A stretch of 21,292 nucleotides of DNA from Candidatus Methylomirabilota bacterium. Its GTDB lineage: Bacteria; Methylomirabilota; Methylomirabilia; Rokubacteriales; CSP1-6. The translations under genes were made by a program, and so were the position numbers. Positions 1 through 8,660 of this stretch are shown piece after piece. Within the stretch, counting starts at the first letter, position 1; every line of letters begins with the position of its first letter. The notes under the pieces were generated by a model. The model saw nothing but the letters and a program-made list of their open reading frames with translations. It was not told the DNA's origin and searched no databases. The stretch is from assembly GCA_046726415.1 (NCBI GenBank), contig JBKPAK010000064.1, positions 1 through 21,292 on the forward strand, read 5' to 3'.

Positions 1-54
1 CTGAAGTGAAGGCCGTAGGTGGCGAGGAGACGGAGTACCCGCAGGAGAACCCCA

Positions 55-1989
55 ATGGCTGAGGAAACCACGAAGACTCCAGGCGCCGCCGCGCCCACCG
101 CGACGCGCGTCCTGGAGCAGGGAAAGCGGCAGTTCATCATCACGTCTCGCCGGGGAAGCCAGGCGCTCGGCGCGGGACTTCGGCCCATGTCGGCCGGTGC
201 CGTGCGCGGGCTGGTCGGGCAGATCCCCGGCCTGGAGGTTGTACGGGTGCTGCGACCGCGCGGCGGCGTTTCTGCCCTGTCGGTGAGCGCCGACGAGGCG
301 ACCGAGGTATACGTGGCGCGGATCGACCCAGCCCGCGCCGAGCTCATTAGGCAGACGATCCCCCCGCAACTCATCATGGAGGAGGATGCGACCCTGGACT
401 GTGGAGCGCGGGCCACCTTGCACTGCCCGGCGCCGAGCCGGCTCGCCTCGTGGAGCTTCACCGGCAGCCTCGAGACCCGGCAGATGCGCTTCCGGGTAGT
501 GGGCGAGGGCGACCGGCCGCTGGCCAACGTCGGAGTGAGCCTTGCCGGCGAAGGCTTTCCCCAGGAGGGGCGAACGGACAAGCGGGGCGACGTGACGCTG
601 CCCCTCATGGTGTTGCCGGGCAGACGCGCCCGCTCCGCGTTCGTGAGTGCGCCGAGCAATTATTGGGATCAGTATCTCGCCGAACCGGAGCTGTCGGACG
701 GCGATGTCAATGTCGTCCGCCTCCGCGCCATCAGCGAAACCATCGCGGGCTTCCCAGAGCAGTTCCGGTACGGCTGGGGCCAGATCCAGATGGGTCTCCA
801 TCGCATCCCCGAGACACTCACGGCCAAGGGGGTGAAGATCGCCATCATCGACTCGGGGGCCGACAACAGCCACCCGCTGCTCCGCCACATCCGGCTCGGT
901 CTCGATCTGTCGAACAACGCCGATCCTCAGGGTTGGGCACAGGACGTCATTGGTCGCGGGTCGCACTGTGCCGGAATCATCGCCGCGAAGGATGACTCGA
1001 GAAAGATGCTCCGAGGCTTCGCGCCGGAGGCCGAAATCCACATCCTCAAGATCTTTCCGGGAGGTCAGTTCAGCAGTGTGATCGAGGCCTTCGACTATTG
1101 CCTCGAGCGCGAGGTCGACGTCGTCAATCTCGGTGTCAGCAGCGCCCAGCGGTCGCAGGCCATCGAGCAGAAGCTCGAAGAGGCTGCGCTCCACGGCCTG
1201 GCGTGCATCGTGGGCGCCGGCGACTCCGGCGGCCTCGTGCAATATCCCGCGTCGTCGCCCTATGCCCTGGCGGTGGCCGCGGTCGGCCGGCTCAACGAAT
1301 ACGCCGACAAAACGTGGGACGCCACGACCGTGGTGCCGAGTCTGGTCGCGGCGGACGGGATCTTCTGGCCCAACTTCAGCTGCTACGGCCCGGAAGTGGC
1401 GGTCTGCGCGCCGGGAGTGGCCGTCATCTCGACGGTGCCTGGTGGTTTCGAGCCGCAGTCCGGCGCCTCGATCGCGGCCCCGCACGTGACCGGCCTCGCC
1501 GCCCTCCTGCTGGCCCACCACGCGGCATTCCAGGGGCCGCTCCGGGCCCGGAATCAGCAACGGGTCGTCGGGCTCTTCAACATGATCCGGCTGATGTGTG
1601 TCCCGTACGGCTTCGGCGCGCGCGCGGGCGCGGGCCTTCCGCGGCTCCACGGGCTCGAACAGGTGCTGCAGCCGAGCCTCCACCAGAACGGCGGGGGAGT
1701 GGCGGCCTCCACCGGGAACATCCAGGCCGCCGCGACCTCGGCGGCGCCGTCGGTCGCGCCTGGGCCAGTCTTCGGCCAGCCGATCGGTGGGCTGGCCGGT
1801 CCCATGATGCTCGCCGTGCCGCCGGCCTTCGCCGTCCCCGCGCTCACGCCGCCGGCGGCGAGCGCCGTCTTCGGCGGCGCGGTGGGCATGGTAGATCCGT
1901 TCTACGTCCACGCACCTCGCGCCGCCGCTCCACCGTGGTCCCTTCAGGCACTGCTCGATTCTCTGCGCTGGCAGTACGGAGGCGTCTGA
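55..1989 (+). CDS. S8 (subtilisin-family) serine peptidase homologue, 644 aa, with substituted catalytic His; Ala/Pro/Gly-rich C-terminal tail
   Basis: AGGAG at 43-47 precedes ATG 55. Subtilase motifs: GVKIAIIDSG (Asp), GRGSHCAGII (HGTH site), GFAPEA, GAGDSG, YPA, NFSCYGPEVAVCAPG, SGASIAAPHVTGLAALL (Ser). No signal peptide evident. Confidence 0.9.
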   Translation: MAEETTKTPGAAAPTATRVLEQGKRQFIITSRRGSQALGAGLRPMSAGAVRGLVGQIPGLEVVRVLRPRGGVSALSVSADEATEVYVARIDPARAELIRQTIPPQLIMEEDATLDCGARATLHCPAPSRLASWSFTGSLETRQMRFRVVGEGDRPLANVGVSLAGEGFPQEGRTDKRGDVTLPLMVLPGRRARSAFVSAPSNYWDQYLAEPELSDGDVNVVRLRAISETIAGFPEQFRYGWGQIQMGLHRIPETLTAKGVKIAIIDSGADNSHPLLRHIRLGLDLSNNADPQGWAQDVIGRGSHCAGIIAAKDDSRKMLRGFAPEAEIHILKIFPGGQFSSVIEAFDYCLEREVDVVNLGVSSAQRSQAIEQKLEEAALHGLACIVGAGDSGGLVQYPASSPYALAVAAVGRLNEYADKTWDATTVVPSLVAADGIFWPNFSCYGPEVAVCAPGVAVISTVPGGFEPQSGASIAAPHVTGLAALLLAHHAAFQGPLRARNQQRVVGLFNMIRLMCVPYGFGARAGAGLPRLHGLEQVLQPSLHQNGGGVAASTGNIQAAATSAAPSVAPGPVFGQPIGGLAGPMMLAVPPAFAVPALTPPAASAVFGGAVGMVDPFYVHAPRAAAPPWSLQALLDSLRWQYGGV

Positions 1990-2003
1990 ACCCTACCGCA
2001 ACG

Positions 2004-2034
2004 GGGCGTCCCGCCGGATCGAGGCGGGACGCCC
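2004..2034 (+). terminator. Putative terminator or mRNA-stabilising hairpin after the S8 gene
   Basis: Perfect 12-bp stem GGGCGTCCCGCC / GGCGGGACGCCC with a 7-nt loop, 14 nt after the stop codon. The U-tract is weak. Confidence 0.55.
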
Positions 2035-2150
2035 GACTTCCTCGTCGTTCAGCTCCTCCTCCCACCCAGTCAGGTACCGCTCGTTGCCGCCGCGAACCGC
2101 GGTGACGGTGGCACCAGATCATGACGTTAGAACGCCGTTCGCGGTTCGCC

Positions 2151-2179
2151 TTGACAGCGCTCCGGAGCGGCACTAGCCT
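2151..2179 (+). promoter_or_regulatory. Putative sigma-70 promoter for the sigma-54 activator gene
   Basis: TTGACA (2151-2156), 17-nt spacer, TAGCCT (2174-2179; TAnnnT). Confidence 0.55.
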
Positions 2180-2393
2180 GACTTCGGATTTCAGTGAATC
2201 GGCACCCGATGTCCATGAATCCCTCTCAGGTCGACGTGTCAGCCTTTCGCCTCCTGGGTCGCGGGGTCTTCTGACCGCATCGCACGTCGTCCACAACGCG
2301 GTCGGCGCTGCGCTGCGGCCGCTGCCCGATGTGCGCGGGGCGCTCCCAAGACGACCGACGAGATGCCATTTCGACCGGCGAGGAGGAGGATTG

Positions 2394-3401
<1,008 letters not shown>

Positions 3402-3468
3402 TTCAGCGGACCCACCCGGGGAGCGCCCGAGGATGTTCTGTGGTAGTCCATTCGGCTGGAGGGGCCCC

Positions 3469-4308
3469 ATGAAGCAGTTGACCGCGAACGTCTTCGTCGA
3501 GACTGGGTTGCGCGGTTCCAATCACGGTTTCGTGACGACGGCCGACGGCCTCGTCCTGATCGACAGCCCGCACAAGCCCAGCGATGCGCGGCGACTCCGC
3601 GCGGAGCTCGAGCGCCGAGGTCCGCTCCGCTACATTCTGAATACCGAGCCTCACGGGGATCACTGGACCGGCAACGCCTTCTTCGACGCGCCGGTGGTCG
3701 CGCACGAAGGGGTGAGGTCGCGAATCCTGAGCACCGACCTGGCCGCCCACGTCGCGCGCGTGGCCTCGTTCGGGCCCGAGGAACCCAAGCTTCTCGAGGG
3801 CTATCGACCCAACGCGCCGGTGATCACTTTCCAGCGCGAGATGACCCTTCACGTGGGCCACCACATCTTTCGCATGATCGGCATGCCCGGCCACACGCCG
3901 TACCAGGCCGCGGTGATCGTCGAAGAGGAAGGCGTAGTCTTCACCAGCGACAACATTTTCTGCAGGGTGCACACGTGGCTCCAGGAAGCCGATCCCGATC
4001 TGTGGCTGACGGCCCTGGAGTCGCTGCGCGCGCTCCGGGAGGACACGTTCGTCCCCGGCCACGGCCCGGTGTGCGGCAAGGAGTATCTCGCCGAGCAGGG
4101 CGCATTCATTCGGGAGTGGGTCGACTACGTCCGCCGCGCGGTTGACAAGGGGCTGTCCAAGGACGAGGCCGTGGCCAGCCTCACCGCGATGACGGATCGG
4201 TACCCAATGGACGTCGGGCAGGACGGCATGGCGCCGACGGTCATGAAGATGAACGTCGCCAACCTGCACGATTACGTGACGGGCAGCGGCATTCACCGGA
4301 GGAGTTAA
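3469..4308 (+). CDS. Metallo-beta-lactamase-fold hydrolase (cyclase/glyoxalase II-like), 279 aa
   Basis: GGAGG RBS before ATG 3469. Motifs LVLIDSP, NTEPHGDHWTGN (HxHxDH variant), PGHT, FTSD, VPGHG. Confidence 0.9.
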   Translation: MKQLTANVFVETGLRGSNHGFVTTADGLVLIDSPHKPSDARRLRAELERRGPLRYILNTEPHGDHWTGNAFFDAPVVAHEGVRSRILSTDLAAHVARVASFGPEEPKLLEGYRPNAPVITFQREMTLHVGHHIFRMIGMPGHTPYQAAVIVEEEGVVFTSDNIFCRVHTWLQEADPDLWLTALESLRALREDTFVPGHGPVCGKEYLAEQGAFIREWVDYVRRAVDKGLSKDEAVASLTAMTDRYPMDVGQDGMAPTVMKMNVANLHDYVTGSGIHRRS

Positions 4309-4663
4309 TTAATCCAGCCGCGTCGGGGAGAAGGGACGCCTCGGCGCGCTCCGACGAACGGGCCGCGATGTCATAGAAGTCGGCTCAGGCGGTCTCTCCG
4401 AATCGAGGCAGGGCCTCGAGAAAGTCATCGATCGCCACGCGCTCGGCGCAGACGGCAGCCCGATCGAGAAATCGAAGTCCACGAAGACCGGCTCCCCGAT
4501 GACTGGCTGCCGCGAGAAAGCGTCTCAGGAGTGTGTGCGGATCGCCCACCGGCTCGGGCACATTCGCGACGTACCGCCCGGCTGCCCCAAGCGAGGCCCG
4601 GGCCCAGCGCTTGCCCGTCTTTGCGCCCCAATCCGCGTGAGCGACGAGGCGGGGCCGCAGCAG
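4309..4663 (-). pseudogene. Degraded 5' fragment of a probable DUF429-like (RNase H-fold) gene
   Basis: Minus-strand frames piece together as LVAHADWGAKTGKRW..ARASL..GRYVANVPEPVGDPHTLLRRF / GEPVFVDFDFSIGLP / AERVAIDDFLEALPRFGETA*ADFYDIA / RRPFSP. Several frameshifts and a TGA at 4385-4387 where Trp is expected. Family recognised from memory. Confidence 0.55.
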
Positions 4664-4706
4664 CGCGCTCGTACGTGATCGAAGAGCTGGGCCCGGGGTC
4701 CGCGCG

Positions 4707-4970
4707 TTACGCCGGGCCGGTGACGGCCTTGCGGGCCGCGGCGATCTCCTCCTGGACCGCTCCGGGGTCCGGGAATGTCCGGTTGGCCCTCCCGTACCAG
4801 CCCCGCGCGTTGTCGAGATCGCCCTCCAGGATGTGGACGATGCCGTGGAGCCACGAGCCGAGCGCAGACTTCTCTTGCTGGACGAGCGTATGGGCCGATG
4901 ACCAGTCGCCCGCCGCCAGCAGGTCGATGGCTTGGACGAGCGCGTCGTTCGATGAACCTGGAGTTGTCAT
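4707..4970 (-). CDS. Small conserved-type helical hypothetical protein, 87 aa
   Basis: ATG 4970. Pattern GDWSSAHTLVQ...WLHGIVHILEGDLDNARGWY is typical of a widespread uncharacterised TPR-like family. Good high-GC codon usage. Confidence 0.75.
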   Translation of the reverse strand: MTTPGSSNDALVQAIDLLAAGDWSSAHTLVQQEKSALGSWLHGIVHILEGDLDNARGWYGRANRTFPDPGAVQEEIAAARKAVTGPA

Positions 4971-4977
4971 GCGCCAG

Positions 4978-4983
4978 ATTGTA
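4978..4983 (-). promoter_or_regulatory. -10 element (TACAAT) placed for a leaderless transcript of the 4707-4970 gene
   Basis: TACAAT lies 7 nt upstream of ATG 4970 and there is no Shine-Dalgarno sequence. Confidence 0.5.
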
Positions 4984-5020
4984 GAGCCTTTGGGCGCCGT
5001 CCGCTCGCGGCGCCGCGCGA

Positions 5021-5029
5021 TGCTATCCT
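5021..5029 (+). promoter_or_regulatory. Putative extended -10 promoter (TGnTATCCT) for the cupin gene
   Basis: TGCTATCCT upstream of the GGAGG RBS (5042-5046) and ATG 5055, divergent from the 4978-4983 element. Confidence 0.45.
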
Positions 5030-5054
5030 GGCGCAAAAGACGGAGGACCAGACC

Positions 5055-5555
5055 ATGGGACATACCCTCGAGCAATTGGCCGCCGAGTGCCATCGCTTCC
5101 TCAAGGAGAGTCCGGGCCCCGTGGGGCGCGACAAGGTGTGCGCCCTCCTTCGGGAAGTCCTCACAGACGACGATTTCGTTGCCCGCCACCTCGGCGACGA
5201 CGTCCCCGAGCGCAAGATCCTCTACGAGGACCCGGAGCTGGGCTTTTGCATCCTCGCCCACAACTACCGGGGCGCCAAGGAGAGCGTCCCGCACGACCAC
5301 GGTCCGTCGTGGGCGATTTACGGTCAGGCCCGGGGCGAGACGCTGATGAACGACTGGGCGCTGGTGGAGCCGGCGACCGAGGGGAAGGTTGGCAAGGTGC
5401 GGCACGTTCGCAGCTATCCGCTCAAGCCCGGGATGGCTCACGTCTACAACGAGGGCGATCTCCACTCCCCTCGGCGCGAGGGCGCCACGCGACTGATCCG
5501 CATCGAAGGCACCAACATGGAGAAGGTGCGCCGGCTCGCCTACGAGCGTGTATGA
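5055..5555 (+). CDS. Cysteine-dioxygenase-like cupin (3-His) metalloprotein, 166 aa
   Basis: GGAGG RBS. RKILYEDPELGFCILAH, PHDHGPSWAIYG and GDLHSP give the HxH...H ligand set. Confidence 0.85.
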   Translation: MGHTLEQLAAECHRFLKESPGPVGRDKVCALLREVLTDDDFVARHLGDDVPERKILYEDPELGFCILAHNYRGAKESVPHDHGPSWAIYGQARGETLMNDWALVEPATEGKVGKVRHVRSYPLKPGMAHVYNEGDLHSPRREGATRLIRIEGTNMEKVRRLAYERV

Positions 5556-5584
5556 GCGATCGCCCGCGCTCCTCGCGGCAGCCG

Positions 5585-6124
5585 CTACTGGAGACGGGTC
5601 CGCAAGGTCTGCGGGGGCAAGGTGACGGTGATCGGCACCTCAACGGGCGTGCCCCGCGCGGTGGCGCCCGTGAAGCGAAAGGTCCAGGTCGGTTCGACGA
5701 TCTGTGCGGGCGCGCACGTGTAGAGCATGGGGCAGACGATGGAGTACGGCCACGTGAATCGCCGCTCGCCGTGCGCGGAGAGTGCCCAGGATCCCGCCTG
5801 CGATCTCGGTCCGGACCGGATGATGTCTTCGTCCATCACGTTCCACTCGAGTCGGGTGAACGTCACCGGCACTCCCTGGCTGTCCTTGAGGACGAGGGTG
5901 AAGAGGTAGAGATCGTACGCGCCCTCGTCGTTCTCCTGGCTGACGACCTGCATGTCTCCCGCCCACCACGAGATAGGGCCCGCGGTTCCCTCCTGGTGGC
6001 CCTCGATCGTCTGGACTGCCGCCACCCGCATGATCGCGTGTCGCACCGTGGAGCACGATAGGACGAGCAGCGACATCGCCAGACTGGTCAGCACGGTCAT
6101 CGAGCGGTGGTGCCCGGTCATCAT
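5585..6124 (-). CDS. Hypothetical lipoprotein/exported protein (alternative start 6100)
   Basis: Hydrophobic N-terminus with lipobox-like LVLSC, followed by a beta-rich body. Starts 14 nt downstream of the SodC stop on the same strand. Confidence 0.65.
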   Translation of the reverse strand: MMTGHHRSMTVLTSLAMSLLVLSCSTVRHAIMRVAAVQTIEGHQEGTAGPISWWAGDMQVVSQENDEGAYDLYLFTLVLKDSQGVPVTFTRLEWNVMDEDIIRSGPRSQAGSWALSAHGERRFTWPYSIVCPMLYTCAPAQIVEPTWTFRFTGATARGTPVEVPITVTLPPQTLRTRLQ

Positions 6125-6138
6125 GGGATCCGCGATCG

Positions 6139-6753
6139 CTATTGACCTGGGACGATGATGCCGCACGCCACGCGAGCGCCACTCTTGCCGTCGGGATCGG
6201 TGCGCAGGTCATCGGGACCTTCGTGCACGATAAGGGCGCTCCCGTCGGCGTCGAACAGGAAGGTCGGCCCCTTGTCGAGGCTCACGCGGGTGGCGGTGAC
6301 CTCGAGGTGACCCCGGCCGGCGTCGTCCACCGTGATGTTCGTCAAGTCGCCGGCGTGAGACCCGCGTGGGTTCGAGGTGCCATGCTCGCGCTTGTCAGGA
6401 TTGAAGTGGCCCCCGGCGGACTCGAACGACGGCGGATCGCATCGACCTTTCTCGTGGATGTGCACGGCCTTGGTGCCGGGTGGGAGGCCGGCGACGTCGA
6501 TCAGGATGCGCACGCCGCCACCTTCCTGCAGGAAGACCGCGCGCCCCACCACCCGCCCGCCCGCCTCCGTGAGCTGCGCGGCGGCGGCCGGTGGGGCGGG
6601 CGTGACTTGGGGGATGTACGGCAGTCGGCATCCGGATAGGGAAAGCGTGAGCGCCATCATCCAGACGGTTCGGGAAAGCGTGAGCGCCATCATCCAGACG
6701 GTTCGGGAAAGCGTGAGCGCCATCATCCAGACGGTTCGCCGCGAAACGGTCAT
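6139..6753 (-). CDS. sodC: Cu/Zn superoxide dismutase family lipoprotein
   Basis: Ligand motifs AVHIHE, AGGHFNP, EHG, SHAGD, LIVH and SGARVACGII, with both disulfide Cys. Lipobox LSGC. Confidence 0.9.
   Translation of the reverse strand: MTVSRRTVWMMALTLSRTVWMMALTLSRTVWMMALTLSLSGCRLPYIPQVTPAPPAAAAQLTEAGGRVVGRAVFLQEGGGVRILIDVAGLPPGTKAVHIHEKGRCDPPSFESAGGHFNPDKREHGTSNPRGSHAGDLTNITVDDAGRGHLEVTATRVSLDKGPTFLFDADGSALIVHEGPDDLRTDPDGKSGARVACGIIVPGQ
6639..6737. repeat. Perfect tandem repeat, 3 x 33 bp (GGGAAAGCGTGAGCGCCATCATCCAGACGGTTC)
   Basis: Identical units at 6639-6671, 6672-6704 and 6705-6737. They encode (RTVWMMALTLS)x3 in the SodC signal peptide. Confidence 0.97.
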
Positions 6754-6810
6754 GGGACGATGACCGCCGTCGATGAGCACGCGCACGGGCGGTGGCGGTC
6801 TACCCCAACC

Positions 6811-7593
6811 TCACCCCGCCGGTTCACCGGCGTTGACCGCCAGCACTTGGCCCGAGATGCTCCGCGCCATGTCGCTGCAGAAGAACACGGTCGCGTCGAC
6901 GATGTCATCGGCCGTCACCATGCGTTTGAGCGGCGAGCGCTCGATCATCGCCCGGCGCATCGCCTCGACCGAGATGCCGCGCACCTGCGCCTGACCGGCG
7001 ATGACGCGGTCGATACGGTCGCCCTCCACGGCGCCCGGCGCGACGCAGTTCACGCGGATGTTGTGCGACGCCAGCTCCAGGGCCATACCATACGTCATGC
7101 CGACCTGACCGGCCTTGGCCGAGCAATACCCGATGCGGTAGGGGAGGCCGCGGCGGCCGGCGCCCGACGAGATGTTCACGATCGCCCCGCCGCCCGCCTT
7201 GATCATTTCGGGCACGACGAAGCGGGTGCAGAGGTACGAGCTGGTGAGGCAGGAGTCGATCGTGTAGCGCCAGTCCTCCATCGAGTATTCCTGGACTGGC
7301 TTGGTGGGACCGCCATCCCCCGCGTTGTTCACGAGGGTGTCGATCGCGCCGAAGGCCTGAAGGCTTGTGGCGATGAGGCGTCGCACGTCATCCTCGATCG
7401 CCGCATCGCCGACAACGGCCACCGCCTGGCCGCCGGCCTTCTGCACCTGCTCCGCGGTGTCCTTCACCAGGTCGGCCGAGCGGGCGGCGCACACGACGCG
7501 CGCGCCTTCGCGAGCGAAGCGAAGGCTCAACGCCCGGCCGATGCCCTTGGACGCGCCGGTGATGATCGCAACTTTGCCGTCGAGCAGCCCCAT
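6811..7593 (-). CDS. Classical short-chain dehydrogenase/reductase (FabG-like), 260 aa
   Basis: GGAGGAG RBS 6 nt before ATG 7593. TGASKGIG, NNAG, IVNISS, YCSAK, NCVAPG. Confidence 0.95.
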   Translation of the reverse strand: MGLLDGKVAIITGASKGIGRALSLRFAREGARVVCAARSADLVKDTAEQVQKAGGQAVAVVGDAAIEDDVRRLIATSLQAFGAIDTLVNNAGDGGPTKPVQEYSMEDWRYTIDSCLTSSYLCTRFVVPEMIKAGGGAIVNISSGAGRRGLPYRIGYCSAKAGQVGMTYGMALELASHNIRVNCVAPGAVEGDRIDRVIAGQAQVRGISVEAMRRAMIERSPLKRMVTADDIVDATVFFCSDMARSISGQVLAVNAGEPAG

Positions 7594-7766
7594 CGTCATC
7601 TCCTCCGGTACGAGAGTCACTTCTCCATGCGCAGCGCCCTCGTACGACGCACCCGGGCCGGACCAATGAGCCGGCGCCCGGACTGGCGCCCGCGGCGATG
7701 CGTAGCTGAAGAGTATCGCGATCTGGTGAGATGGGGAGCCGGCCCAGCGCCCCACCCGGACGGGGC

Positions 7767-7937
7767 CTACCGGGCGGGTGGCTGGCGCACGAGGGCCACC
7801 GCCTCGGCGAGGCGCCGGCCGTACTCCTGATGCGCCGCCCCGAAGTGCCCAAGCTCGATGATCGCCTCCCGACTGACTTGGGCCCGGACGAAATCGCCGT
7901 CCGCGGCCTGCCGGACGGGCGCGAATCGTTCGGGCAT
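7767..7937 (-). CDS. Short ORF (56 aa), hypothetical or gene remnant
   Basis: GGGAG precedes ATG 7937 just downstream of the 7964 stop and the codons look plausible, but I recognise no family. Confidence 0.3.
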   Translation of the reverse strand: MPERFAPVRQAADGDFVRAQVSREAIIELGHFGAAHQEYGRRLAEAVALVRQPPAR

Positions 7938-7963
7938 GATGCCCCACTCCCGTCGGTCGATCG

Positions 7964-8599
7964 TCACGATTGCTGGGCGAACTGTCGGGCGAAGCGATTG
8001 TGGGCTTCGACCACGGGCTTCATGTTGACCGTGACCACCCGCCCTTGCTCCACCACGACCCGACCATTGATCACCGTGTAGCGCGCTTTCTGGGGAGCGC
8101 AGAGGTCGTCGACCGCGCCGCACGCGCCGACCTCGTCGAGCGCCACGACGACGTGGCCGCGCGCGTCGATGCGCTCGGCCACCCCGCGGATGTCCTCCGG
8201 CGCCACGATCGGTGGCTCGGCCTTGTGGAGGTGCGTCACGTGGATCTTCTCGCGCTCGGATAGCCCGGTGATCTTCTGGCGCACGCGGCCAATGATGATC
8301 GTCTGCTCGTGGCCCCGCGTCATCAGGAGGCCGGTGCGCGCACCGCGCCGCTGGACGAGCGCGTTGGTGCCGACCGTCGTGCCGTGGACGAAGGTGACCG
8401 TGCGGCCCAGCAGATCGCCGACCGACATGCCGAGCTGGTGAGCGGCGAGGTGGAGCCCGTCGAGGACGCCCCGGCCGGGATCGTCCGGGGTGGTCAGGGC
8501 CTTGGTGGTGATGCGCCGGCCGGACTCGCGGAGCACCACGACGTCGGTGAAGGTGCCGCCGATGTCGACCGCCAGGCGGACTTTCTCAGCGGAATTCAC
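7964..8599 (-). pseudogene. In-frame chimera: N-terminal ~166 aa of a hydantoinase/oxoprolinase A subunit fused to the last ~45 aa of an 8-oxoguanine-deaminase-like amidohydrolase
   Basis: VDIGGTFTDVV, KALTTPDDP, FVHGTTVGTNALVQRRGARTGLLMTRG and ERIDARG are Hydant_A_N motifs. The sequence then switches at ~8102 to CAPQKARYTVINGRVVVEQGRVVTVNMKPVVEAHNRFARQF, an amidohydrolase C-terminus. Full-length HyuA is normally ~680 aa. Confidence 0.8.
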
Positions 8600-8660
8600 G
8601 GGGGAAGCCGAAGCGGGGGCCGCGCGCTCCCTCGGACGTTCCCGACGTGCGCCAACCGCG

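Noticed and set aside
2109-2214. Sigma-54 -24/-12 promoters at the TGGCAC/CGGCAC sites (2109, 2168, 2200)
   Set aside because: None has GC at the required GG-N10-GC spacing.
2121-2393. 91-aa N-terminal extension of the sigma-54 activator as a sensory domain
   Set aside because: No recognisable domain, it overlaps a sigma-70 promoter, and the strong RBS is at 2381-2390.
6639-6737. Possible CRISPR array (33-bp repeats)
   Set aside because: The repeats are head-to-tail with no spacers, lie in frame inside sodC, and no cas genes are present.
7594-7947. N-terminal extension of the SDR ORF
   Set aside because: Arg/Pro/Gly-rich shadow sequence. The SDR fold and RBS begin at 7593.
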